Source: Octopus sinensis
Lineage: Eukaryota
NCBI RefSeq assembly: GCF_006345805.1
Contig: NC_043010.1
Coordinates: forward strand, 12,710,001 to 12,774,000
Direction: 5' to 3'
DNA: 64,000 bases
Position numbers and translations under genes: made by a program. Under the pieces are notes generated by a model that was not told the DNA's origin, ran no database searches, and saw nothing but the letters and a program-made list of their open reading frames with translations. Below are positions 11,601-24,463 of this stretch, piece after piece (position 1 is the first letter of the stretch; each line of letters starts with the position of its first letter).

Positions 11601-11859
11601 ATCATCATCATTGTTCGACCGTGGTCGAGACTTTCATAGTCTTTTCAAATGGCTAATAATGTGTGCGTGCGCCACTACTACACACATTGGAAAGCATTGT
11701 ACAACGAAGCACTAAAGAAGATCTTTCCTCCTCCATGAAACAAAGCTGTTCCCGCTGGACGTCAACCAAGTATTTCTAAGCTACGGACCGAGTGATTTAT
11801 TGTAAGGTTATCTCCCTAGATAGATTGCCTTCACTACGGCTAAGGAGCCCTTTCTACCC
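11601..11859 (-). mobile_element. About 260-bp (GAT)n-tailed retroposed element, copy A
   Basis: Six substitutions versus copy B; candidate TSD TTTATT[C/G]TG. Confidence 0.8.
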
Positions 11860-11976
11860 CAGAATAAAGCTTTGATATCTAGTAGTCCAAAAACAGAATG
11901 AGGGAATATTGGTTTCATATTTTGGAACAAAATCAGCAATTTTAGGGGAGGGGTATGTCGATTACATCAGCCCCAA

Positions 11977-12390
11977 GGATCTTTTCGGTTTGAATGGCAG
12001 TTTTTAACATAATTTCTAGGTAACTAAAAAATTTTAAACTTCATATACTGGTAGAATGTGTTTATAAAACATCTTTTTCTCTTGGCTTTATTGAGAAAAT
12101 TCTATAGTTTGTAAGATATTTGTTGTTGTTTTTCTTCAATTTCTGCAATTTCAACCAATCACTGGCATCTATTGGAGGTAAAAAACATTCTGTGCCATAT
12201 GAATATGTCCCTCATTTAAGAAACAGATTGGGTTTATTTACATTTGTGAAGAAAAAAGATACCCTTCTCCCACCCCTAATCCTAACCCTAAAACAGATTG
12301 AAATGCAATAGATCGATACTAGGGTCATAATTATGGGTGACAATTTCATGACACCGCTAGAAAAAACTGCCGTTCAAACCGAAAAGATCC
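11977..12390 (-). mobile_element. Second copy of the 8-bp-TSD MITE, opposite orientation, inside an old S2-like SINE
   Basis: Same TIRs; TSD AGCCCCAA/AGCCCCAG; interior is the reverse complement of 314-698. Confidence 0.88.
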
Positions 12391-12691
12391 AGCCCCAGTG
12401 CTCAACTGGTACTTACTTTATCAACCCCAAAAAGACGAAAGGCAAAGTCAGCCTTAGTCGGATTTGAACTCAGACCATATAGATAGTTGAAATGCTCCTA
12501 AGCATTCTGCCCTACATTCTAACAATTCTACCAGCTCACCACCTTAGTAATAAGGGAATATTAATATTAGGGTGGCCAATTTATGTTCCCTTAAGAGTAT
12601 TCAGAAATAATTACAACTTTGAAAATATTGTGATGCACTTTGGGGATGAAATTTAAAAAAAAAATTTATTTATATATTTTAGCCAATAAAT

Positions 12692-12837
12692 AGGCGTAGG
12701 AGTGGCTGTGTGGTAAGTAGCTTGCTTATGAATCACATGGTTCCGGGTTCAGCCCCACTGCGTAGCACCTTGGGCAAGTGTCTTCTGCTATAGCCTTGTG
12801 AGTGGATTTGGTAGACAGAAACTGAAAGAAGCCCATC

Positions 12838-12903
<66 letters not shown>

Positions 12904-13108
12904 TTGTGTCTGTCCTCCCAACATCACTTGACAACCGATGCTGGTGTGTTTACGTCCCTGTAACTTAGTGGTTCGGCAAAAGAGACCAATAGGATAAGTA
13001 CTAGGCTTACAAAGAATAAGTCCTGGGATAGATGTGCTTGACTTAAAGGTGGTGCTCCAGCATGGCCGCAGTCAAATGACTGAAACAAGTAAAAGAGTAA
13101 AGAGTAAA
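12692..13108 (+). mobile_element. S1 SINE
   Basis: Homology to S1. Confidence 0.9.
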
Positions 13109-13310
13109 TATATAAATAGTTTAAACAACAGAATGTTATTAATTACTTAATTGCTTAGTCAATAAATGAAGTCTAGTTATCAATGAGCAACATGATCTAG
13201 ATATTTTTGGCAATGTTTTTCTACTTTAGCATATTTAGTTTGCTTGACATGTTTACAATTTTATTCTGTATTATATTTTGATTTTCTTTTTACAATATCA
13301 GTTTGTATGT

Positions 13311-13532
13311 TACTCTCTTTACTCTTTTACTTGTTTCAGTCATTTGACTGTGGCCATGCTGGAGCACCGCCTTTTTTAATCGAGCAACTCGACCCCGGGA
13401 CTTATTCTTTTGTAAGCCCAGCACTTATTCTATCGGTCTCTTTTGCCGAACCGCTAAGTAACGGGGACATAAACACACCAGCATCGGTTGTCAAGCAATG
13501 CTAGGGGGACAAACACAAACACAGACACACAA

Positions 13533-13563
<31 letters not shown>

Positions 13564-13731
13564 CACATATATACGACGGGCTTCTTTCAGTTTCCATCTA
13601 CCAAATCCACTCACAAGGCTTTGGTCGGCCCAAGGCTATAGTTGAAGACACATGCCCAAGGTGCCACACAGTGGGACTGAACCCGGAACCATGTGGTTGG
13701 TAAACAAGCTACTTACCACACAGCCACTCCT
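13311..13731 (-). mobile_element. S1 SINE
   Basis: Homology to S1. Confidence 0.9.
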
Positions 13732-13881
13732 CCTGTTACACAGTTTTAAATATATAATTCCATTACTTATGTTGCCTGAAAGATGTGACCAGGTAGAATT
13801 GGTAATTTGTTGGAGAAAAATAGTTTAGTGGCATTTCTTTGGGTATTCTCTGGTGTGAGCTCTAATTCTGCCATGGTCAGC

Positions 13882-14264
13882 TTTTACTCTTTTATTTGTT
13901 TCAGTCATTTGACTGTGGCCATGCTGGAGCACTGCCTTTAGTTGAACAAATCAACCCCAGGACTTATTCTTTGTAAGCCTAGTATTTATTCTATCGGTCT
14001 CTTTTGCCAAACCACTAAGTTATGGGGGCATAAACACAGCAGCGTCGGTTGTCAAGCGATGGTAGGGGGACAAACACAAATACACAAATATACACACACA
14101 CACACACATATATATATGTACATATATGATGGGCTTCTTTCAGTTTCCGTCTACCAAATCCACTCATGAAGCTTTGGTTGGCCCAAGGCTATAGCAAAAG
14201 ACGCTTGCCCAAGGTCCCATGCAGTGGGACTGAACTCGGAACCATGTGGTTGGTAAGCAAGCTA
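13882..14264 (-). mobile_element. S1 SINE
   Basis: Homology to S1. Confidence 0.88.
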
Positions 14265-14543
14265 GGGTTGATAAAATATGTACTAGTTGAGCCCTGGGAT
14301 TGATTTAATTGATTAATACTTTTCTTCTCACATTGCTAGCAATGTTCCAAAATCCCCAGAACCAATAATGTGTTGGAAAATATGCTTTACCATATTTGTT
14401 CTGGCTTTTTTTTTTTTACTCTCTGTGTTCAGACACCAATGAGGTCAATTTTGCTTTTCATCCATTTGGGCTTGATAAAATAAACTAACAATTGAGTTAG
14501 AAACAATACCTTTTTTGATGAGAATCTAGCACATAGATCTTAA

Positions 14544-14764
14544 CCCTTTAGTGTTCACGTCATCCTGCTAAAATTAATGCTTTTTCATCCACATTGTTTT
14601 GAATTAATCATGCATTATCTTGTAGCTATGAGATTTTGATGACGTAGCTGTTAATTTTTAAAACGATGTTGTAGGGTTAGTGTGAGAGACCAGATACGGC
14701 CAGTTTGAACATAAAACAAGCAGAATACTTTTGGCCGGATATGGCCGGTTTAAATGCTAAAGGG
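14544..14764. mobile_element. piggyBac-type MITE, same family as 8410, inverted
   Basis: TTAA|CCCTTTAG...CTAAAGGG|TTAA. Confidence 0.85.
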
Positions 14765-15072
14765 TTAAACATCAAATCAAGAAAAATGGCAACTCTTTAG
14801 AATGCTTAGTAACATCATTGAATCTTTATGTGAAGCAGAAACAGGGAAAGAAAGGCTTAAAATGAATCCACAAAAAGAGAAGATTTAAATGTTGTAGCCA
14901 CTCACTAATGTGACATCTGATTGCAAGGACACACACATACACACATAAGAAAGGGCTTCCCCACAGTTTTCATTTGCCAACGTCCAGTGACAAGCTATTA
15001 GTCAATCAGAGATTACAGTAGAAGACACCCCAAAATATTTGAAAGGAACTGTGTCCCTTTGCAGTTTGATAT

Positions 15073-15433
15073 ACTTACTTTTACTTTTACTTGTTTCAGT
15101 CATTTGACTGCGGCCATGCTGGAGCACCGCCTTTAGTCGAGCAACTCGACCCCGGGACTTATTCTTTTGTAAGCCCAGTACTTATTCTATCGGTCTCATT
15201 TTCCAAACTGCTAAGTGACGGGAACGTAAACACACCAGCATCGGTTGTCAAGCAATGCTAGGGGGACAAACACAGACACACAAACACACACACACATATA
15301 TATATACATATATACGACGGGCTTCTTTCAGTTTTCGTCTACCAAATCCACTCACAAGGCATTGGTCGACCCGGGGCTATAGCAGAAGACACTTGCCCAA
15401 GGTGCCATGCAGTGGGACTGAACCCGGAACCAT
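15073..15433 (-). mobile_element. S1 SINE, 5'-truncated
   Basis: Homology to S1. Confidence 0.88.
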
Positions 15434-15636
15434 ATTTACACTAGTATCCAATTAAAGATCTTCCTGATTAGAAACATTGTTCAAGGATTTAGGTTTTCAA
15501 CACATCTACATCTTCAAATAATAAAATATTTCAGTTATTCATTTTCTTCAGGTAGCTCTGTGGTTTAAACACTGTTGTCTTAGATAAAGCACAAATGTCT
15601 CTCAGTTGTAAAGGTCAAATCTTCAGTAGACATTAA

Positions 15637-15858
15637 CCCTTTTGATACCAACCCGGCCAAAACCGCCTCTGGCTCTGTAGTACAAATGTCTTGTTTTCTT
15701 AAGTATTGAATTAAAATCTTCCACCAAACCTTTGTCACAATTTATGTTCCCAAGACTAGCTGAATGATAACTAAGTTCTTTTATTAAATTCTTTGTTATA
15801 TTTAAAATTAATTCAATGAAACACAGAGCATCTCAAAATAAATACGGTAACAAAAGGG
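15637..15858. mobile_element. piggyBac-type MITE, second family
   Basis: TTAA|CCCTTTTG...CAAAAGGG|TTAA; homologous to 16421-16642. Confidence 0.85.
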
Positions 15859-16420
15859 TTAATATCTTTCCAGTAACGACTTGCAAAGTAAAATAGTACC
15901 TACAGCAATTAGCAACTTGTGCCAAAGTTTAAGCATTAAATTAGAAGTTCTGAGATTTCTTAGAGAAAGACTAACTTTTATTTTACAGCTCAAGTCAGTC
16001 AGTAGAATGGAGAAGCTCTATAAAACATTTAGAAATTTCTTAAAGGGTAAAATACACAAGCATAAGATGTATATTTAGACACATAGACACACAAACATAC
16101 ACACACACATGAAGCAAGTCCGATGCAATCTGAATTTCATTTTATAAGGAGAACCAGACACTGTCCACTCTTATTCAAGCCTGTTTTGCAATTAAATTGT
16201 TTTGTGTTCAATCCCACCACATTGAGATCTTCTGTAAGTGTTTTCAATTATAAAACCAGGTCAAACAGAGCCAAGCCCATCATATGAATTTATGTGTGTA
16301 TATAATTAGGTGTGCATATTAGCAACACAAAGCATCAGAATGCAGGACCTGGCCAAGGTAGGTGTCTGTAAGAAGCCTATGAAACTTAAAGTTGCATGGA
16401 GCCAAACCAAACTGTTTTAA

Positions 16421-16642
16421 CCCTTTCGTTATCAACCCGGCTGAAACCGGCTCTGGCTCTGTAGTACAAATATCTTGTTTTCATACGTTTTGAATTAAAA
16501 TCTTCCACCAACCCTTAGTCACAATTTATGTTCCTAACACTAGCTTAATGGTAACTAAGTAATTTCACTAAATTCTTTGTTATATTTAAAATTGATTGAA
16601 AGAAACACAGAGCATCTCAAAATAAATACAGTAACGAAAGGG
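16421..16642. mobile_element. piggyBac-type MITE, second family
   Basis: TTAA|CCCTTTCGTTA...TAACGAAAGGG|TTAA. Confidence 0.85.
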
Positions 16643-17553
16643 TTAAATAAGAATATATGATCACATACACACATACACACACACATCTATATTACAGGCT
16701 TCCGCAGTATTTCCATCATGCAAAAGGCGTTGGTCAGCCTGGGGCTGTAATAGAAGGTGCTTGCCAATGGTGCCACAGAGTGGGACTGAACCCAAAACCA
16801 TGTGATTCCAAAGCAAACTTTTTAACAATGCAGCTACGCCTAACCTATGTATAAGATTGTCAGATTCATTGTAGTTATAATTCAAAGAATAAAGCCAGCC
16901 TGTCACATGCTGAGTCATGTGGAGTATTCTTGTGCATAAGGTTGTTGCAGTTGTGGCTTAGCCCCAGGTTTGAAGGCATGTGGCTTAATGGTTAGGGTAT
17001 TCAGCTTTCAATTGCAAGGCCCATGAGTTCGATTCCCAGTAGTGCTTCATGTTCTTGAGCAAGACATTTTATTTCATATTGCTTCAGGCTCAGCAGAGCA
17101 GAACTGAATGCAAAGGGACGTAATTGCCAAGCAGACACCTTAACCACACAGCCAGATCTGCGTGTGCATGTGTGCATATGTGTATGTGCGTGCATGTGTG
17201 CATATTTGAATGTGTATGTTTTCTGTGTGTGTGTGTGTGTGTGTGCGTGTGTGTGTGTGTGTGCAAGGGAAAATGAGATACCATAAATGCATTTGTATGA
17301 AGGCAGTAAGTTGTTACTAAATGGATAAAACTCACCAATACAGGGAAAAGGGTATAAAAAGGGTATAAAAAGGTATGATAAAACTGATGAAGAGGATACT
17401 GATCATTGCTGATATAAATATCTATACAATTATATATATAATATATATATACAACTATATATAGGTGTGTATATATATATATATGTGTGTATGTATGTAT
17501 GTATGTATGTATATATGTATGTATATATATATGTATATATATATATACATATA

Positions 17554-17586
<33 letters not shown>

Positions 17587-18638
17587 GTGCACATGTGTGT
17601 GTGTGTATATATATATATATTTACAGTATATGTATATATAGATAGATGGATAGATTGATCGATATACACACACACATATGAAATATACATAATACCCACA
17701 AAACACATACCTATTCACATAAAGTTCTTCTCTCCCCATCTCTCTTTCTCTCACTCTCTCTCTGTCCCTCTCTCTCTCTCTCCGTTTGTCTCCTTTTCCA
17801 TTTTTCTATGCCATACACACACACACACAAATACATACATACATAACAATATCTACACACATACACCCATAAACACTCACACACACACATACACACACAG
17901 GTGACTAAATAATAGCCTTAGCTAGCATTCAGACTTTGATGTCTTCCATTAGACAGTTTTATAACTACACCATTGTTATTTAAGTAAATTTATGTGCTGA
18001 CATAAAACCCTGTGCCATTACAAAGAAGCTCCACAAAACTGTGTCCATTACTTCATATGAATGACTTAAGCAATGCTTAAAAATTTGTCAGATTAGTCAT
18101 TTAAGGCATAGCATCTATTAGCATTTCTCTTATATTCAGTGACAAAACATTACATTTATTTACACTCATTGTATTTTCTCATATTTGTTTTATAATTTAT
18201 TACATGGCTTATCTATGCTGATTTTTCACTATCATTGCTTGCAAAGGAATTCTGTTTAAAAATTACACACATAAACACATACACACGCACACTCTAATTC
18301 ATACTTAGAAACTTAAGTATATAGATATATAGACATGTCCATATATATACATATATATATATATATGGAATGCAAAACAAAATAGGAGAGTTCATAAAAT
18401 ATATAGTTATGTCAGCTTATGTACATTTTATTAACGATGAAAATTTACCAGTTATATAAAGAAATTTTCAAAAGCCACTTGCATTGTCAAATCTTCAGAG
18501 ATTGTGTAACACTCTTCAGTAACCTTTAGTTTTGATGCTGGGATGCTAACAGTGTTATTGTGTTGATAACCACAACAACTGTGCTAAATTAGTTTAAGGA
18601 ATTCACTTTTATACTTACATGCAGACATGCACTGATAC

Positions 18639-18669
<31 letters not shown>

Positions 18670-18819
18670 TATATAAGAGAGAGACAGACGGACAGACAGA
18701 GGGATATATAGAGATTGATAGATAGTTAGAGAGAAACATGTTCATATATATTTCATATATATAAATACACAGATCTATATATATATATATATATATATAG
18801 CATGTAATATATAAGTAAA

Positions 18820-19201
18820 CTAGCAGTATCGCCCGGCGTTGCTCAGGTTTGTAAGGGAAATAACTATAAAGCATTTTTAGAGAGTTATAGCCAAAAAATA
18901 GCAAAAAAATGGAAAAAAAATGATGGTAAATTTTTTTGAGAGTTAAAAAAGGTGGAGTTGCGTCCCCTAGACGGTCTGTGGTTTGGGGTCTGATTCTCGC
19001 CCCCATGTCGAATTTATCGATTTTTTTCAGAACTGGGGGAACTTTTCAAAATTTTCGCTGCGTTAGTTTTGAATTATGACATTGGGCTATGTGTGTGTCA
19101 AGTTTCATCAGAATCGGTTGAAAGCCGTGGTCAGAGTGAGGGTACGAGAAAACAGACACACAGAAAATGCACAGACAAACTGCCGTTTATATATAGAGAG
19201 A
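18820..19201 (-). mobile_element. Non-autonomous Helitron
   Basis: Minus strand A|TCTCTCTATATATAAAC ... cctgagcaacgccgggcgatactgCTAG|T. Confidence 0.85.
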
Positions 19202-19209
19202 TATATATT

Positions 19210-19433
19210 CTCTTTTTTCTCTTTGTCTTTTACTTGTTTTAGTCATTTGACTGCGGCCATGCTGGAGCACTGCATTTAGTCGAGCAAATCGATCCCAGGA
19301 CTTATTCTTTGGAAGCCTAGTACTTATTCTATTGGTCTCTTTTGCCGAACCACTAAGTTACGGGGATGTAAACACTCCACCATCGGTTATCAAGCGATGT
19401 TGGTGGGGGACAAACACAGACACACAAACATAT

Positions 19434-19465
<32 letters not shown>
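19210..19465 (-). mobile_element. S1 SINE 3' half
   Basis: Homology to S1. Confidence 0.85.
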
Positions 19466-19638
19466 GTAGTAGTAGTAGTAGTAGTAGTAGTGACAGTCAT
19501 GTTCTACAATTGACAACTGTGTCCTTTAAAATACCTTCCAATAGGCTCCAGCAGGCTGCACCTTACTATCTATCTATCTAACTATCTATCTATCTATCTA
19601 TCTATTTATCTATCTATCTAACCATCTATCTTTCTATG

Positions 19639-19703
<65 letters not shown>

Positions 19704-20128
19704 CTATCTATCTGTCTGTCTATTTATCTATCTATAAATGTGTGTATGTGTGTGTGTGTGTTCTTTCTGCTTTTGCTTGCTTATGATAGTCCATCAAAGG
19801 TGATGAGAGAATCAGTCCAGGACATTCCTCCCCCTTCGCCTCCAGCACATTCTTTCTTATGGGATCAGACATGGCCTACAAGAAGGGTACTAGATAGGTA
19901 GATCCTGTGGCACTAAGGGCACCCAAAGTGACCATGAACGACAGTAGCAAGGGGTTAATGATGACATCTTCTGATTTCAGTTTCAAAGCACTCTACTCTA
20001 GCATAACACATGGACTTACACACCTTCTGATTAACAGCACTCACAGGACCTTCAACTGATTGGGAGGGATACCTCATAAAATGAGGGACTGCTTGAGATG
20101 ATCATGAAAACACTCATAAGCCTATGTA

Positions 20129-20702
20129 TAAAGGGGTCCTGAAAAGTTCCTGGCTTTGGGTAAAAGAAAATACTGGCGGATCAGTTAATTATGACTTTAT
20201 ATAACATATTCCACTCTCTGCAAAAGGGACATGAAGGCCTGCAACATCAATATTAGCGGTTGGGAGGCAGTTGCCGGCAACCGTGGAGACTGGCGACGTA
20301 CCGTAGGAGAGGGAATACAAAGGAGTGACAGAGAGAGAGAGGAGAAATGGAAAGACAAGAAAAGACGTCAACGAGAAACTATGGCATTACAGCCAGCCAG
20401 GAACAGTCTTCGCTACATTTGCGGTACCTGCCAGAGGGAGTGTTTGTCCAGGATAGGACTACACAGCCACAGCAGGAAATGTATCAGGACATGAAATGTA
20501 AAAGCCGGACTAGACTACTTTATGCGCAGCTCCATTGTCTCCCGAGATGAAAAAGATGCCAACCATTCCACTCTCAGGTTCATACAGTTTTTGCAGTGGT
20601 CCTCCAGTTTTTCTAAGCTCTGTAAAAGAACTCGGAAGGTTGGGCCTCCAGCCAGGCCTTTTGTGATACCCTAAAAGCCAAGAAATTTTCAGCATCCCTT
20701 CA
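20129..20702. mobile_element. Mariner-type MITE (TA TSD) interrupted by an RTE fragment
   Basis: TIRs ...ctgaaaagttcctggc / gccaagaaattttcagcatcc. Confidence 0.8.
20219..20564 (+). mobile_element. RTE-clade LINE 3' fragment inserted in a mariner MITE
   Basis: CKRDMKACNI..W...A.NR..WR ... C..C.R.C.SRIGLHSHSRKC; 11-bp TSD ATTCCACTCTC at 20208-20218 and 20565-20575. Confidence 0.85.
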
Positions 20703-20849
20703 TATATGTTTTGAGTGCATGAATCCATACATTCCACATCTTTGCATGAAACCATTTGAGAAAATGGTAATGTTGTACAAGGAGATGCTCAAAAGTTCCT
20801 GGCCTTGCATAAAAGAAAATACAGGAGGATCAGTTAATTTGTGATTTTA

Positions 20850-21102
20850 TGTGCCGGTGGCAGGTAAAAAGCACCAACCAATCATGGTCATTACTAGCTC
20901 CCTCTGGCTACTGTGCCGGTGGCACGTAAAAAGCACTCACTACACTCTCGGAGTGGTTGGCGTTAGGAAGGGCATCCAGCTGTAGAAACACTGCCAAATC
21001 AGACTAGAGCCTGGTGCAGCCTTCTGGATTCCCAGACCCCAGTCGAACCGTCCAACCCATGCCAGCATGGAAAACGGACGTTAAACGATGATGATGATGA
21101 TG
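20850..21102 (+). mobile_element. S3 element
   Basis: Homology to S3. Confidence 0.85.
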
Positions 21103-21128
21103 CTGACCCCCCTCTCAGATTCATAATC

Positions 21129-21361
21129 GTATTTCTTTATTGCCCACAAGGGGCTAAACATAGAGGGGACAAACAAAGACAGACAAAGGGACTAAGTCGA
21201 TCACATCGACCCCAGTGCGTAACTGGTACTTAATTTATCGATCTCAAAAGGACAAAAGGCAAAGTCAACGTCGGCAGAATTTGAACTCAAAACGTAATGG
21301 CAGATGAAATACTGCTAAGTATTTTGCCCGGTGTGCTGATGATTCTGCCAGCTCGCCACCT
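21129..21361 (-). mobile_element. S2 SINE
   Basis: Homology to S2. Confidence 0.88.
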
Positions 21362-21983
21362 TTTAATAATTTTATTGCAGCGATCCTTCAGTTTTTCTAA
21401 ACTCTGTGAAAGAACTCAGAAATTTGGGCCTCTAGCCAGTCCTTTCACTATACCCAAAAAGCCAGGAATTTTTCAGCACTGCCTCATATATAAGTGCTTG
21501 AGTGCATGAATCCATACATTCCACATCTTTGCATGAAACCATTTGAGAAAATGGTAATGTTATGTTTTTATTCCATGTAAACAATATGCCCAGTGGCTCT
21601 ATATTTCTGCAGTCCAATGGAACAAAGTGTACGTATGTATTTTATCTCAGATGGATCAGGTAACTATGGTAATTTTGCTATAGGCAAAATTACAACATCA
21701 TATACAGAATGAGTATACTTCATGTTTTTCAACTTTGAACAACATGGGCAGATGTTACAATACTCCTCTCTTTAGAAAAGACTAATAAGTGTGTGGTTGC
21801 ACAATCTATTCAATAAACTTTAAGATGGATTGGCTCAAGGAATTTGATGATTATAATAATGATAGCAACTGAATTTATATATACAAAGCCTGATCAAAAA
21901 GTATCAGGATAACTGTTACTATGGTAGCAGAGCTAAGGTCCTCAGAGTGAAGCTACTTGGCACAAATTGGCCTTGGACTCTGA

Positions 21984-22214
21984 AGGCGGCGAGCTGGCAG
22001 AATCCTTAGCACGCCGGGCGAAATGCGTAGCCATATTTCGTCTGCCATTACGTTCTGAGTTCAAATTCCGCCAAGGTCTACTTTGCCTTTCATCCTTTCG
22101 GGGTCGATAAATTAAGTACCAGTTACGCACTGGGGTCGATGTAATCGACTTATTCCGTTTGTCTGTCCTTGTTTGTCCCCTCTATGTTTAGCCCCTTGTG
22201 GGTAATAAAGAAAC
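21984..22214 (+). mobile_element. S2 SINE
   Basis: Homology to S2. Confidence 0.9.
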
Positions 22215-22560
22215 AGATTGGCCTTGAACTCTGTTAAGCATGCACGCTAGTTATAATTGTGGTGGTGCAATGCTTAGTGGTTAGGGTGTTGGACTCATGA
22301 TCGTAAGATTGTGGTTTTGATTCTTGGACCGGGCAAGACAATGTGTTCTTGAGCAAAACACTTTATTTCATGTTGCTCCAGTCCACTCAGCTGGCAAAAG
22401 TGAGTGATCCTGAAATGGACTGGTGTCCTATCCAGGTGGGGAATTCATTTGCCATGCAAACTGGGAAGCCAGCCCTTGTGAGTCAGCATGACTCGAGAAA
22501 GCAACATTATTAACTTTTACTTTTACTAAGTTACAATGTTCTCACTCATTTTTGATGTAT

Positions 22561-22730
22561 AGGCATAGGAGTGGCTGCATGGTAAGTAGCGTGCTTACGA
22601 ATCACATAGTTCTAGGTTCAGTCCCACTGCGTGGCACCTTGGGCAAGTGTCTTCTACTATAGCCTTGAGCTGATCAAAGCCTTGTGAGTGGATTTGGTAG
22701 ACGGAAACTGAAAGAAGACCATCGTATATA

Positions 22731-22777
<47 letters not shown>

Positions 22778-23054
22778 GAATCTTACTTAGAAATGGATGC
22801 GTTGCGTTCAATATATATATGTATGTGTGTGTGTATATGTTTGTGTGTCTGTGTTTGTCCCCCCAACATCGCTTCACAACTGCTGCTGGGGTGCTTACGT
22901 CCCCGTAACTTAGCAGTTCAGCAAAAGAGCCCATAAATAAGTACTAGGCTTACAAAGAGTAAGTCCTGGGGGTGATGTGCTCGACTAAAGGTGGTGCTCC
23001 AGCATGACTACAGTCAAATGACTGAAACAAATAAAAGAGTAAAAGATTAAAAGA
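22561..23054 (+). mobile_element. S1 SINE nested in the mariner element
   Basis: Homology to S1. Confidence 0.88.
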
Positions 23055-23633
23055 ATATATAGCAGTGCTTGGAATTAAAGTGTGTAGAGTGTGGTCATTG
23101 GACAGAATTTTATGCATCTGGTGAGTGGCAACTCAACCATGACAACACACCTGCCCATTCAGCACAACTTGTGCAGCGGTTTTTGGATAAGTGTTAAGTG
23201 TAAAATTCCCAGGTCTGACAACCACCATATTCTTCAGGTCACAGCACTTGTGACTTTTTACTCTTTCCAAAAATCAGATACCACTTGGAAAGGGTGTGAC
23301 AAAGCAGCTGCTCATTACCCACAAAAAAGGGAGTCCTAGGAATGCTTCCATCAATGGTGGCTTCTGAGGGGACTACTTTGGAGAAGATTAAATGCTGAAT
23401 TTGATATGTGTTGTAGACTTTCTATTTATAGCATCAGTCCTCCTGATAGTTTTTCTTTTTTTATCAGACTTCATAAAACTAATTTACTAAGGAGGAAATC
23501 ACAGAGATAATAATGATAATAACAAAAATAACAACAAAATTAGGCATGGGTTGACCAAAGCCTTGTGAATGGATTTGGTAGACAAAAACTGAAAGAAACC
23601 CATCATATATGTATATACGCCTATGTGTGTGTG

Positions 23634-23680
<47 letters not shown>

Positions 23681-24110
23681 GAGTATTCCCTGTGATCACA
23701 ATATAGCGGCAAAAGAATTTGACAAGATTAGTAAATATAAAGACCTGCTAATGGAAATTGAAAAAATGTGGCATCTCAAGACGACTACAGTACCAGTGAT
23801 TGTAGGATCTCTAGGAATGATAAAAAAAAGGTACTGAAACCTATTTGAAAATGATTCCAGGCTTACCATCCCTACAGGAAGTGCAAAAAATCGTATTAAC
23901 TGGAACGGCTCATGTACTGAGAAGAGCACTATCGCTGTGAAAATAACATCCATCCATGAATTTATTTATTTATTAATTTTTAAATACATATTTTATCTGT
24001 GAATTTGCGCGTGTAATCTGGGAATGCATACAATGCCCTTCTCTGCCCTAGGTGTATGGAAAACACTCGGCGAGAAACGGAAGAAAATTTGAAGAAAAAA
24101 GGAAAAAACA
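23681..24110 (+). mobile_element. R4/Dong-type non-LTR retrotransposon 3' fragment (restriction-like endonuclease C-terminus plus 3' UTR)
   Basis: PCDHNIAAKEFDKISKYKDLLMEIEKMWHLKTTTVPVIVGSLG...VQKIVLTGTAHVLRRALSL*; flanked by (TAA)n. Confidence 0.8.
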
Positions 24111-24130
24111 TAATAATAATAATAATAATA

Positions 24131-24371
24131 AATGGCAGAAATTCAAAAGATAGTGCTCATGGGAACTGCTCATATCCTACGCAAAATACTTTCTATATAA
24201 TCTCAAGTTTTAAAACAATCATAATTTTCGTATGTTTTTTTTTTTGACATTCACTAGTACAAAACCAAATATATGGCACAATATATGAACTTCCAACTTG
24301 TTGTCTCTTGAGTTCTCTGGGTGAGACTTGGAGCCAACTTGAACAAATGTAAAGCAAAAGTCAAACATAGA
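24131..24371 (+). mobile_element. R4/Dong-type 3' fragment, second subfamily
   Basis: MAEIQKIVLMGTAHILRKILSI* plus 3' UTR, between (TAA)n tracts. Confidence 0.75.
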
Positions 24372-24398
24372 ATAATGATAATAATAATAATAATAATG

Positions 24399-24463
<65 letters not shown>

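Larger units (their letters stand above)
20778..21486. mobile_element. Second mariner-type MITE, interrupted by S3 and S2 SINEs
   Basis: Same TIR family; about 81% identical to the first copy over the 3' 117 bp (hand count). Confidence 0.78.
21884..23473 (+). mobile_element. Decayed mariner element carrying three nested SINEs
   Basis: Matching degenerate TIRs with TA flanks; remnant W.L.HDN.PAHSA..V..FL and QPPYS...CDF.LFPK at 23120-23290. Confidence 0.75.
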
